NCBI GenBank assembly: GCA_048938005.1
Contig: JBHLMQ010000005.1
Coordinates: 1 to 44,155 of the forward strand
DNA: 44,155 nucleotides
From: Promethearchaeota archaeon
GTDB lineage: Archaea > Asgardarchaeota > Lokiarchaeia > Sigyniarchaeales > SOKP01
Direction: 5' to 3'
Shown here: positions 18,979-28,650 of the stretch, piece by piece
Layout of the letters: the number at the start of each line of letters is the position of its first letter
Numbering within the stretch: the first letter of the stretch is position 1
Program-made: the position numbers and the translations under genes
Notes under the pieces: model-generated
Told to the model about the DNA's origin: nothing
Databases searched by the model: none
Seen by the model: only the letters and a program-made list of their open reading frames with translations

Positions 18979-20700
18979 TTGAAAATGAAAATCATTGACA
19001 AGAAAACTATAGCTAAGATTTTAGTTGAACATGTCTCAAATCTTAAAATAGAGGAAATTGAAGCTCTATTAGAAATTCCTCCTTCAGAGATCGATTTCAC
19101 CTATGCTTTTCCTTGTTTTAGGATCGCAAAATTAGAAAAAACATCACCAGATCTAATAGCAAAAGAGTTAGAAAATAAACTAAAACAGGTTGAATTTATA
19201 GATAATGTTGATGCAATTGGTCCTTATCTAAACTTTAAAATTAAACCAAGGTATATTCTTGAAAATATTTTTGAATTTAAGGATGAATATGGAAGGATTC
19301 GAGATATTATTGATAAAGAAAAGAAAAGGCAATTAAGAATTGTTATCGAATATCCATCTCCAAATACTAATAAACCCCTTCATTTCGGTCACATTAGAAA
19401 TATGTTACTTGGTAAATCACTTTCGAATTTACTTGATTATAAGGGATATAAGGTTTTTCAAGTAAATTTATATAATGACCGTGGTATTCATATTTGTAAA
19501 AGTATGCTAGCATATAATAAATGGGGAAACAATAAGGAACCAGATAAAAAAAGTGATCATTATGTTGGGGACTTTTACGTAAAATTCAATGAAATGGCAG
19601 AAAAAAATGAAGAATTAGTTGAAGATGCTTATAATTTATTGAGAAAATGGGAAGCTGGAGACGAAAAAACTCGCGCTTTATGGAAATTAATGAATAAATG
19701 GGCTATTGATGGTCATAGAATAACCTATAATAAGTTAGGGATTTCATTTAATAAAGAATATTACGAATCTGATTTATATTTAAAAGGGAAGGAAAAAATC
19801 ATTGAGGGAATAAATAAAGGTATCTTTGTTAAAACTGAAGATGGTGCTATAATTGCCAGGTTAAAGGAAAAATACAACCTCGAGGATAAAATATTGGTTA
19901 GAAGTGATGGCACTTCAATTTATATAACTCAGGATATCTATTTAGCGTATGAGAAAAAAGAAGACTTTAATTACGATAAATCGATTTATGTTGTTGGCGA
20001 TGAACAAATACAGCATTTCAAGTGGCTCTTTGCAATTTTAGATATGTTGGGATTTAAAGAAGATAATTACCACTTAGCCTATGGAATGATTAGTTTACCT
20101 AGTGGGAAGATGAAAAGCAGGGAAGGTACTACTATTGATGCTGATGATATTATTGAAGAAATGGAAACTCTTGCCTACTCTGAAGTAGATAAAAGATATC
20201 CTAATATATCAAATTCAGAGAAGTTAAGAAGGGCAGAAATTATTGGACTAGGCGCACTTAGTTTCTTCATTTTAAAATATAGTGCTATGAAAGGTTTCAT
20301 GTTTAAGCCAGATGAGAGCATTTCATTTGAAGGAGAGACTGGTCCTTATATCCAGTATTGCTATGCCAGGATAGCATCAATAATTTTAAAATCGGGAATA
20401 AAAATAACCACTAATATTAATTGGGATTTATTAAACCATAAAAATGAAATATATTTAATGAAAAATTTAACTTATTTCCCTGAAATCGTAGATTCAGCCG
20501 AAAAAGCGTATAACATCCACTTAATTGCTCAATATTTATTAACTTTATGTCAAGCGTTTAATTCTTTTTACTCCACATGTCAAGTAATATCTGATAATAA
20601 AGATTTAGAAAAAGCACGATTATTACTTATAAAATGTGTACAGATTGTTATTAAAACAGGATTAGATATTTTGGGAATTGAAACGCTTGATAAAATGTGA
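18979..20700 (+). CDS. argS: Arginine--tRNA ligase
   Basis: EYPSPNTNKPLHFGHIRN (HIGH-like), RSDGTSIY, KMKSREG, GETGPYIQY, C-terminal Met. Confidence 0.97.
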   Translation: MKMKIIDKKTIAKILVEHVSNLKIEEIEALLEIPPSEIDFTYAFPCFRIAKLEKTSPDLIAKELENKLKQVEFIDNVDAIGPYLNFKIKPRYILENIFEFKDEYGRIRDIIDKEKKRQLRIVIEYPSPNTNKPLHFGHIRNMLLGKSLSNLLDYKGYKVFQVNLYNDRGIHICKSMLAYNKWGNNKEPDKKSDHYVGDFYVKFNEMAEKNEELVEDAYNLLRKWEAGDEKTRALWKLMNKWAIDGHRITYNKLGISFNKEYYESDLYLKGKEKIIEGINKGIFVKTEDGAIIARLKEKYNLEDKILVRSDGTSIYITQDIYLAYEKKEDFNYDKSIYVVGDEQIQHFKWLFAILDMLGFKEDNYHLAYGMISLPSGKMKSREGTTIDADDIIEEMETLAYSEVDKRYPNISNSEKLRRAEIIGLGALSFFILKYSAMKGFMFKPDESISFEGETGPYIQYCYARIASIILKSGIKITTNINWDLLNHKNEIYLMKNLTYFPEIVDSAEKAYNIHLIAQYLLTLCQAFNSFYSTCQVISDNKDLEKARLLLIKCVQIVIKTGLDILGIETLDKM

Positions 20701-20730
20701 GAGAAACAATTTAAAAAGAGAGTAAATAGA

Positions 20731-21633
20731 ATGAAATTTTTTGATTTTGGCGAATACATCAAAAAAGATACCCAATTCGTTATTTTTGGCATACCTTGGG
20801 ATTATTTGACTTCTATAGATTTACCGAATTCATCGATTGCTCCAGAAAGAATTAGAAATGTGACAAATGATATTGGATGGACAACTGAATTGGGGGATTA
20901 TATTACAAAATTTAAAGTTGTTGATGTAGGAGATGTTAGAATAGATCAAGTTGATGTAGATAAAAATCTCAAAACAATAAAGAATTTCATTAAAGATTTA
21001 TATATAGAAAATAAAAATATCATTCCTATCATGATAGGGGGAGATCATTTCTGCTCTTACCCTGTAATAAAAACTGTTGGAGATCTTTTTGATAAGAAAC
21101 AAGAATTTGGGATATTATTATTTGATGCACATTTAGATTTTTACCAAGAATGGGATAAAGGTGTTTATTCACACGCAACAATATCTCACAGAATTTATGA
21201 TTTGGAATATATTAATAATAAAAATCTACTAATTGTAGGAGCTAGAGATATTGACATTCCAGAGTTAGAAATAGCAGAGTCACAAAATGTTAAATATCTT
21301 AGTGCATATCACGTGATAGAGGGATTAGATAATTATATAGCAAAAATATTAAGTTTTTTTAAGAAATCTAACGTCAAATACTTATATATATCTATTGATA
21401 TTGATACTTTAGATCCTTCTATTGCTCCTGGTACTGGATTCGCAATTCCTGGAGGTTTTACTTATCGTGAAATATGGAAAATTTTGAAGGTTATAGCAGA
21501 AAATTTTGAAATAATAGGGTTTGATCTTGTTGAGGTTGCTCCAAATTTGGATTTAAAAAACAATATGACATGCAATTTAGCTGCGAAATTAATTATAGAA
21601 CTTATTTCCTTTATTGTAAAGAAAAATAAATAA
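20731..21633 (+). CDS. speB: Agmatinase (ureohydrolase family)
   Basis: GIPWD, GGDH, DAHLD, SHAT, SIDIDTLDPSIAPGTG, DLVEVAP. Confidence 0.88.
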   Translation: MKFFDFGEYIKKDTQFVIFGIPWDYLTSIDLPNSSIAPERIRNVTNDIGWTTELGDYITKFKVVDVGDVRIDQVDVDKNLKTIKNFIKDLYIENKNIIPIMIGGDHFCSYPVIKTVGDLFDKKQEFGILLFDAHLDFYQEWDKGVYSHATISHRIYDLEYINNKNLLIVGARDIDIPELEIAESQNVKYLSAYHVIEGLDNYIAKILSFFKKSNVKYLYISIDIDTLDPSIAPGTGFAIPGGFTYREIWKILKVIAENFEIIGFDLVEVAPNLDLKNNMTCNLAAKLIIELISFIVKKNK

Positions 21634-22598
21634 TGATTTTAATGCCAGATAAAGATTTAAAAGATTTTTTAAGAAAAGTAAACCAATTTGAAATAACTGA
21701 AAATACAGATATTATCGAATTGATAAATTCTTTGAAAGGAACGGGATTTAATGCAAAAAGATTAGCTTTAGCATGTGAAATATATAATGAAATGATAAAT
21801 ATTGAAGATTGTGTTAAATTTTTTGGATTAGCTGGAGCTCTTGTTCCAGCAGGACTGCAAAGAACTATCTATGATTTTATAAAACAAGGTTTTATTGATA
21901 TTTTAGTTACTACTGGAGCTAATTTGACTCATGATCTTGCAGAGGCATTGGGTTTTCATCATTTTCAAGGGAATATAGAACTTAAAGAACTTAATGACAA
22001 GGATTTACATAAAGAAGAAATTAATAGAATTTATGACGTTTTCATGCCAAATAAAGTATATGAAGGAATTGAAGCATTTGTATCAAAATTAGAGATACCA
22101 GATATTCATATGTCCGTAAGTTCTTTTTTAAAATTTCTCGGAAATCAACTTCCAAGAGATTCTCGTTCTATTCTTAGAGTGTGTTATGATAAAGATATAC
22201 CAATTTTTTGTCCTGCTTTTACTGATTCTGGTTTAGCAATGCAATTAGGATTTCACCACCAAAGGTTAAATTTAAACCATTTTGCAGATATGCTAGAAAT
22301 GGTGAACCTAGCTTGGGAGGCTGAAACTGCTGGAATATGTATTGTAGGAGGAGGAGTTCCTAAAAATTTTATTATGCAGGCATTACAATTTTGTCCAAAT
22401 TCTGCTACTTATGCAATTCAAGTTACTATGGATCGACCGGAACCAGGAGGATTGAGTGGTGCTACTTTAAGGGAAGCAATTTCATGGGGAAAAGTGAATG
22501 AAAAAGCAAAATTTTCAACAGTTATAACTGATGCAACTATAGCTTTACCATTAATTTTATGGTTTTTAAAGAAAATGCAAGTAATAAGTAAAAAATGA
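21633..22598 (+). CDS. dys: Deoxyhypusine synthase
   Basis: GFNA, TTGANLTHD, FCPAFTDS, GGGVPKN, GGLSGATLREAISWGK, DATIALP; TAATG overlap with speB. Confidence 0.95.
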   Translation: MILMPDKDLKDFLRKVNQFEITENTDIIELINSLKGTGFNAKRLALACEIYNEMINIEDCVKFFGLAGALVPAGLQRTIYDFIKQGFIDILVTTGANLTHDLAEALGFHHFQGNIELKELNDKDLHKEEINRIYDVFMPNKVYEGIEAFVSKLEIPDIHMSVSSFLKFLGNQLPRDSRSILRVCYDKDIPIFCPAFTDSGLAMQLGFHHQRLNLNHFADMLEMVNLAWEAETAGICIVGGGVPKNFIMQALQFCPNSATYAIQVTMDRPEPGGLSGATLREAISWGKVNEKAKFSTVITDATIALPLILWFLKKMQVISKK

Positions 22599-22630
22599 AG
22601 AAGTATCCCCTAGAGAAGTTTGAAATTTTT

Positions 22631-23092
22631 TTAAAATAATCCTTTTAATTTTTGGTCAATTGTTTGAGTATCAGTCCCAAAGATACTGTCAAGATTTTGT
22701 TTAAATTCTTTAAATTGAGAAATCTCTGATAAATTTTTTCCCGTATTTAATAGTTTGAATTCTTTTAAAACTTCTTTCAGTAGCGGACGCACCACTTTGT
22801 GGATATATTTTTCAATTTTTTTTTCCTTATCTAAAATAGCATAAGAAATTATTAATTCAGGTTCAAAACTGTCTTCAGCCTCAATTTTATCCTCAATAAA
22901 TGCAATAAGGAATTTCTTTCCTTCAAAATATTCAACAATATCTTTTGAAAAAGTAGATTGAGCGAAATTTAAAATTGCTGTAAGCAACCCACTTCTTAGA
23001 TCTGTGTCTATTTTTCCTTTTGTAGTTTTATGGTAACTCTTTTTTACTAAAGTAAATCCTCTGAATAGCAAACCTGCTTCTCTAATAACCAT
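22631..23092 (-). CDS. Stand-alone longin-like domain protein
   Basis: beta-beta-alpha-beta-beta-beta-alpha pattern: GLLFRGFTLV..DLRSGLLTAILNFAQ..IVEYFEGKKFLIAF..LKEVLKEFK. Confidence 0.6.
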   Translation of the reverse strand: MVIREAGLLFRGFTLVKKSYHKTTKGKIDTDLRSGLLTAILNFAQSTFSKDIVEYFEGKKFLIAFIEDKIEAEDSFEPELIISYAILDKEKKIEKYIHKVVRPLLKEVLKEFKLLNTGKNLSEISQFKEFKQNLDSIFGTDTQTIDQKLKGLF

Positions 23093-23267
23093 TATTAAGA
23101 AATTAAAATAGTAATTTGAGATTTTAAGTCGATTATTCTATTATTGTATTTAATTCAATATTTTAATTATAAATATTTTATATAATAAATCCTTTGATTA
23201 CTCTACTAGTTGATTCTAATCCAATTAATTAATAAGAAATATTATTTTTCAAGTATTTCTTATTAAT

Positions 23268-24455
23268 ATGATTTCGAAGGAAAAAATTAAATTATGTGCT
23301 GAAAACATTGCCAAAAGCGTAAACATTAAAAAAGAAGGTGAATTCATCCTCATAAAAGGTGGACTCTACTGTCATGAATTATTGGAAGAAATAGGTTTAA
23401 GTGTTCTTAGAAAAGGAGGAATAACACATATTTTTTCGACAAGTGATTATTTTGACAAATCAAAGTTTGAGGATAATCAAATTAAAATTGAGACAATAGA
23501 AAAACCTCCAAGTGCTTATTTAGAAATGTTGAAACATATCGATGCCTATATCGTTATTGAACCGCTCGAAGATCCTTCAATTCGTAACGATGTATCAAAA
23601 GAAAGGCTAGAAGCTTTTCAAAGATCAGATGCCCCACGAAAAGATATACTATATGGATACAAGGAAGAATATGCCCCTGGGAAAAAATGGTGTTATGCTG
23701 CATGGCCTTCGAAAAAAGCGGCAGATTTCTATAATATCGATTATAATTTATTTGAAAAATTCATTGTTGATGGTATAAGCATTCCATTGGAAAAATTAAG
23801 GAATATTACAATGAATTTGGGAACTTACTTTGAAAATGCTAAGAAAGTATATGTAAATGACGATCTTGGTACAAATTTTTGGGTTTCTGTAGAAAATAGG
23901 GTTAAAATTCTTGATGATGGAATAATTTCAGATGAACAAATTGCTCAAGGTGATCTGGGTGGAAATTTACCTGCGGGTGAGGTCTTTTTTCCTCCAAATG
24001 AAAAAGAAGGGGAGGGAAAGATCTTTTGTCCATTAACACAGGAAAAATATAGTAATATAATTATTAAAAATATAGAACTTGTATTTAAGGATGGTAAATT
24101 ATTGATGGAAAAGGTCTCTGCTGATACTAATTTGGATATATTAATTAATGCTTTTAAGCAAAGAGAAGAAATTGATAAAATAAAAAGAGTCCCGGAGCTT
24201 AGAACATATAATATTGCGGAACTTGGTATTGGTTGTAACCCTTCAATTACTACGGCAATTGGATATATTCTCACAGATGAAAAAATTAATGGTAGCGTTC
24301 ATGTTGCTTTTGGGTCGAATAAAGGATTTGGAGGAACATCAATATCCCAAATGCACTGGGATTTCGTTACAGCTCCTAAAGTTAATATAAAAGTTGAATA
24401 TATGGATGGTTCCAAAAGAGACATAATGGAAAATGGAATATTAATTAATAATTAA
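23268..24455 (+). CDS. Aminopeptidase, M29 (AmpS/AmpT-like) family
   Basis: NLPAGEVF, IAELGIG, DEKINGSVHVAFG, SQMHWDF. Confidence 0.9.
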   Translation: MISKEKIKLCAENIAKSVNIKKEGEFILIKGGLYCHELLEEIGLSVLRKGGITHIFSTSDYFDKSKFEDNQIKIETIEKPPSAYLEMLKHIDAYIVIEPLEDPSIRNDVSKERLEAFQRSDAPRKDILYGYKEEYAPGKKWCYAAWPSKKAADFYNIDYNLFEKFIVDGISIPLEKLRNITMNLGTYFENAKKVYVNDDLGTNFWVSVENRVKILDDGIISDEQIAQGDLGGNLPAGEVFFPPNEKEGEGKIFCPLTQEKYSNIIIKNIELVFKDGKLLMEKVSADTNLDILINAFKQREEIDKIKRVPELRTYNIAELGIGCNPSITTAIGYILTDEKINGSVHVAFGSNKGFGGTSISQMHWDFVTAPKVNIKVEYMDGSKRDIMENGILINN

Positions 24456-24488
24456 AGTCTCTTAAAAATTCCAAAATAATTTGTTTTT

Positions 24489-24974
24489 CTAAAAATCTCC
24501 TTGGAGTAATTCTTCCAAATACTCTACTACTTTTTCTAAGACAATCTTTTTAAAAGCTACACGGTCAGCCTTAAGATTGTATTGCTGTGCAGAGGTTTCC
24601 TTTTCAATTGAGAAGCCAATATAGACAAGACCTACTGGTTTTTCTGGAGTACCCCCAGTTGGCCCAGCAATACCACTAATTCCTATTCCAATATCAACAT
24701 CAGAAAGCAATCTTATATTATAAGCTAATTGTTTAACAACTCTATCTGATACGGCTCCATATTTTTCAATGACTTTAGGATCTAAATTTAATAATTCTAT
24801 TTTTGATTGATTGCTATAACATACAATTCCTCTTTCGAAAACTTTGGATGCTCCAGAAATATTAGTAAACATGTGGGAGATATACCCTCCTGTACACGAC
24901 TCAGCAACGGCTATCTGCTTACTTTTATCAGATAATTTCCCTATTATTTTCTCTATTCTTTGTAAAATATCCAT
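24489..24974 (-). CDS. CinA C-terminal domain / NMN deamidase (PncC-like)
   Basis: AVAESCTGG, YSNQSK, GAVS, SGIAGPTGG, KPVGLVYIG. Confidence 0.92.
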   Translation of the reverse strand: MDILQRIEKIIGKLSDKSKQIAVAESCTGGYISHMFTNISGASKVFERGIVCYSNQSKIELLNLDPKVIEKYGAVSDRVVKQLAYNIRLLSDVDIGIGISGIAGPTGGTPEKPVGLVYIGFSIEKETSAQQYNLKADRVAFKKIVLEKVVEYLEELLQGDF

Positions 24975-24982
24975 AATTTCAA

Positions 24983-25429
24983 TTATATTTGAATTTCAAA
25001 TTTTTTCCCGCATGACTTACAAAATCTTGCTCCTTCGCTCAATGAATTACCACAATATGGACAGTGCCAAATTATTGTAGTTTTTTTAGATGGGGCTAAA
25101 GTTATACTAATTTCTGGTTGTTTATCTCCAAAAGGTTGATATTCTAAATTTTTCTCAACAGTTTTTTTGAAGCATCTTGGGCAATATCGACTTTTCTGTA
25201 ATCCGTAATATATAAGATATGGATTAAGAATCATAAAGCCCCACATGAAATAAATGAAAAGAAAAATTGCAGAAAAAACGGAGAAAAATATAATAGTAAT
25301 TGAGATAAGTAAACTCAGTATAATAATAACAAAACTTCCAAAGATTTTTATATTAAATCTCGGTCTAGTAGGAAATACATTCATCCTACAACTCTCACAA
25401 AACATCATATCGTTTGGATCTTGAACCAT
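24983..25429 (-). CDS. Membrane-associated zinc-ribbon protein (LITAF-like split Zn knuckle plus C-terminal zinc ribbon)
   Basis: CESC - long hydrophobic hairpin - CPRC, then CPYC..CKSC. Confidence 0.7.
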   Translation of the reverse strand: MVQDPNDMMFCESCRMNVFPTRPRFNIKIFGSFVIIILSLLISITIIFFSVFSAIFLFIYFMWGFMILNPYLIYYGLQKSRYCPRCFKKTVEKNLEYQPFGDKQPEISITLAPSKKTTIIWHCPYCGNSLSEGARFCKSCGKKFEIQI

Positions 25430-25568
25430 TTATATCAATGTAAATATTTAAAACAACCTATTATTATTTATATAAATTAATAACAAATAAAAGTAAACAA
25501 AAAAATAATATTGTATACTTTTGAAATATAATGCATTAAAAACTGATATATTCTAAAAAATCGACCAT

Positions 25569-26117
25569 GTGATGCAAATGGGAAAGGATGACGTTACTAA
25601 GGGATTTGTATTTAAAATAACTGTTATTGGTGATGGAGCGGTTGGAAAGACATCGCTAATTAAAAAATATACTCAAGGTAGCTTTCAAAAGGATTACATT
25701 AAAACATTAGGAGCCCAATTTTCAAAGTATGACGAGGAAATCGAGGGAGATAATTGTAAATTATTCTTTTGGGATATAGCGGGTCAACGAGAATTTGATT
25801 TCATGCGTCCTACCTTCTATAAGGGTAGTAAGGCAGCAATTATCGTATTTTCACATACTGATGAAGATAGTTTTAATCATATAGAGGAATGGCATGAAGA
25901 TATTAAAAACTATACAGGAGATCTCCCGATTGTTTTGTTTGGTAATAAAACTGATTTAGTTGATGAAAAAGACTTAGACGATGAAAAGGTAATGAAAATA
26001 GTTAAAGATAGAGATTTCCTTGGATATTATAATACAAGCGCGAAAACTGGTAGTGGAGTATATAAAGCGTTCCAAGCGATTATAAAAGAGTTATACTACA
26101 AATATAAAGACGAATAG
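25569..26117 (+). CDS. Rab-like small GTPase
   Basis: GDGAVGKT, TLGAQF, WDIAGQ, NKTD, TSAK. Confidence 0.95.
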   Translation: MMQMGKDDVTKGFVFKITVIGDGAVGKTSLIKKYTQGSFQKDYIKTLGAQFSKYDEEIEGDNCKLFFWDIAGQREFDFMRPTFYKGSKAAIIVFSHTDEDSFNHIEEWHEDIKNYTGDLPIVLFGNKTDLVDEKDLDDEKVMKIVKDRDFLGYYNTSAKTGSGVYKAFQAIIKELYYKYKDE

Positions 26118-26120
26118 AAA

Positions 26121-26420
26121 ATGTATGATGATATCAATAAAGGATATCCGAAAATTTTATTTTTCTCGTCAAACCATTGCGCACCTTGCACTCCAGTCGA
26201 AAATATGTTAAAGAGAATAAATATTTCATTGTTTGGAAAAAAATTACGAATAGAAAAAATTTCAATTGACTTGGAAGAGAATCGGCAATTTACACAGTAC
26301 TATCGTATTACTTCAGTTCCCACATTAATTATCGCAGATAAAAGATTATCAATAAATATTCAAGAGGAAGAAATTATAGATGCGATTCTTTATGCGTTTA
26401 TATCTTCAGTAAAATTATAG
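26121..26420 (+). CDS. Thioredoxin-fold protein
   Basis: CAPC active site, SVPT cis-Pro loop; starts 3 nt after the GTPase stop. Confidence 0.88.
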   Translation: MYDDINKGYPKILFFSSNHCAPCTPVENMLKRINISLFGKKLRIEKISIDLEENRQFTQYYRITSVPTLIIADKRLSINIQEEEIIDAILYAFISSVKL

Positions 26421-26471
26421 TTATAAATTAAAAATAAAAAAAAAAATTAAAAAAAAATAAAGTGAAAATTA

Positions 26472-26951
26472 ATGGATAGGCAACTACTCTCCAAAATTCT
26501 CGCCCAAATGAAAAAGAATTTAAAAGAGGGCAAAGATATCGGAGATATGAAGGTAGGGGCATTACTTGCTTTAGGACACCAATTAGAAGCGATCTTTTAC
26601 TATTTAGGACATGAATTAGGAACTATCTTAAAAATTAAACCTGTTAAAGAGATAAATGAAATTCCTAATGAATTGGAACGAATTATTACTGAATTCAATC
26701 TTGGCGCAGTTGAGATTATAGAAAGTACTGAAGAAATTGTTCAATTAAAATTAAGGGATCATTCATCGATAAAAGATTTAATTAAAAAGGGGATAAAAAC
26801 ATCTGGAAGTTTCTGTTCATTTGAAGCTGGATTATTAGCAGGAGTGGTAGAAAAACTAAGTGATCGCCATTGTTTTGCTCAAGAACTTGGATGTAGTTTA
26901 CAAACAGGGGAGAATTTTTGTGAGTTCATGATAGTTTTCCAGAAGGATTAA
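26472..26951 (+). CDS. V4R domain protein (HNOB/Bet3-related fold)
   Basis: YYLGHELG, FNLG, FCSFEAGLLAG, ELGC..GENFCEF. Confidence 0.85.
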   Translation: MDRQLLSKILAQMKKNLKEGKDIGDMKVGALLALGHQLEAIFYYLGHELGTILKIKPVKEINEIPNELERIITEFNLGAVEIIESTEEIVQLKLRDHSSIKDLIKKGIKTSGSFCSFEAGLLAGVVEKLSDRHCFAQELGCSLQTGENFCEFMIVFQKD

Positions 26952-27114
26952 ATAATGCAAAAATTATTTTTTTTGTTTTTACTATTTTTAAAGAAATTTA
27001 TTTTATTGTAAAAAGTAATTCGATTCAATAAATTGCTAGACGAAAATTATTAATAAGTATAAACTATATTTTGAATATAAAAAAAAATGTTAGTTTTTTA
27101 CTGAGTGATTCTTA

Positions 27115-27642
27115 ATGGCTGAACCTAAATATATAATAAAGATTTGTTTGCTTGGAGAAGCCAGTGTAGGGAAGACATCTCTAGTATATAGATTTATAGA
27201 AAATAAATTTAGAGAAAATTATAAAAGTACACTTGGTGTGAATCTTTTAAAGAAAGATTTGGAAGTTAGTGGATATGGTGGTGTTTCTGCTCAAATATGG
27301 GATCTAGGGGGGCAAGAATCGTTTAAATCTCTTAGAAAATTATATTTAGAAGGAGCAAATGGAGCATTATTAGTGTATGATATGACTAAAAAAAAAACGT
27401 TTGAAAAACTTGATGAATGGACCCAGAGTTTCAGAGATGCTAGATATAATGCCCCTATAATATTAATAGGTAATAAGTCAGATCTGGAACACCAAATAAA
27501 AATAACAGAAAAAGAAGCAACTAAATATGCAAATACCCATGATATGAGATTGATTATCACATCTGCTAAAACGGGTGAGAATGTTGAACAAGCGTTCATA
27601 GAATTAACGAAAAGAATTCTAGATCAGATTTCAAATACTTAA
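27115..27642 (+). CDS. Rab-like small GTPase
   Basis: GEASVGKT, STLGVN, WDLGGQ, NKSD, TSAK. Confidence 0.95.
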   Translation: MAEPKYIIKICLLGEASVGKTSLVYRFIENKFRENYKSTLGVNLLKKDLEVSGYGGVSAQIWDLGGQESFKSLRKLYLEGANGALLVYDMTKKKTFEKLDEWTQSFRDARYNAPIILIGNKSDLEHQIKITEKEATKYANTHDMRLIITSAKTGENVEQAFIELTKRILDQISNT

Positions 27643-27875
27643 TAATTTTTTAAAAGAATTTATGCTAGTTTCTTTTTCTTATTTAATTTTTGGATAAAAA
27701 ATTTTTATAGTATTTTTAATAACTATCAAAATTTGGTGATTTTAGCATTAGTCTTTTTTAAATCTACCACCTTTATAAAGGAAGATTTATTTAAATAAAA
27801 TTAACAAGAAAAGCTCGTAATATTGAATATTTTAATTTTTCAAATTTTAAATCACAATTATTACTCAATATTATC

Positions 27876-28550
27876 ATGTCAGAAGAAGAATTTGACGATG
27901 AATTTGACGAGATTGAAGAAGAAGATGAAGAAGGGGAAGAAGGTGAATACGATTATGAAACAGATTTAGATTACAAGATTGAAAATGTAGTTGCAACAGT
28001 GACAGTGGAAATTACAGAAAAAATAGATCTTAATCAAATTGCACGACGTCATGCAGAAGTTGAATATAACCCAGAGCGTTTCCCCGGGCTTGTGATGCGA
28101 ATTGAAAAGCCACGTGCTACTATTTTAATATTCTCTACAGGAAAAATGGTTGTTACGGGTCTTAGACAAGCAGCAGAAGCAGAAAGAGTTGTCGATAAGG
28201 TTGTGAAAAATATAAGGAAGGCAGGAATAAAATTATCTAATCCTGAGATTACGATTCAGAATATTGTGGCTTCGGGTGATCTGCACACCAATATTGATTT
28301 AAACATGGCTGCCATCGTGATGGAATATGCTATGTATGAGCCAGAAGTATTTCCTGGACTTATATATAGAATGCAAGACCCAAAGACAGTTTTCTTAATA
28401 TTCAGCACAGGACGTATAGTCTGTACAGGAGCGAAACAAAAAGAAATCGTAAGAGATGCAGTTTTAAAATTAAATCAACAAGTTAGGGATTTAGGTGTAG
28501 CTAAAAAAGATATTGGAGATTCTGAATATCAAGATATAACTTTTATCTAA
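27876..28550 (+). CDS. tbp: TATA-box binding protein with acidic N-terminal extension
   Basis: Two TBP repeats: IENVVA..YNPERFPGL..LIFSTGKMVVTG / IQNIVAS..YEPEVFPGL..LIFSTGRIVCTGAK. Confidence 0.98.
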   Translation: MSEEEFDDEFDEIEEEDEEGEEGEYDYETDLDYKIENVVATVTVEITEKIDLNQIARRHAEVEYNPERFPGLVMRIEKPRATILIFSTGKMVVTGLRQAAEAERVVDKVVKNIRKAGIKLSNPEITIQNIVASGDLHTNIDLNMAAIVMEYAMYEPEVFPGLIYRMQDPKTVFLIFSTGRIVCTGAKQKEIVRDAVLKLNQQVRDLGVAKKDIGDSEYQDITFI

Positions 28551-28650
28551 TTCGTGCTTTATTCTTTTTCATATTATCTTCTATTTTCTCATTGTTAAAG
28601 AAAATACTAAATGAATCTTGAAAAAAAGTTCGTTAAAAATGATATAGAAT

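Noticed and set aside
20698-20733. argS TGA is in frame with speB with no intervening stop (EKQFKKRVNR): possible Sec/readthrough fusion
   Set aside because: ArgRS ends at its conserved C-terminal Met, speB has its own ATG, no SECIS-like hairpin was recognised, and the frame match is plausible by chance
26428-26460. Long poly-A tract between the thioredoxin and V4R genes
   Set aside because: Low-complexity AT-rich spacer typical of this genome; no specific function can be supported
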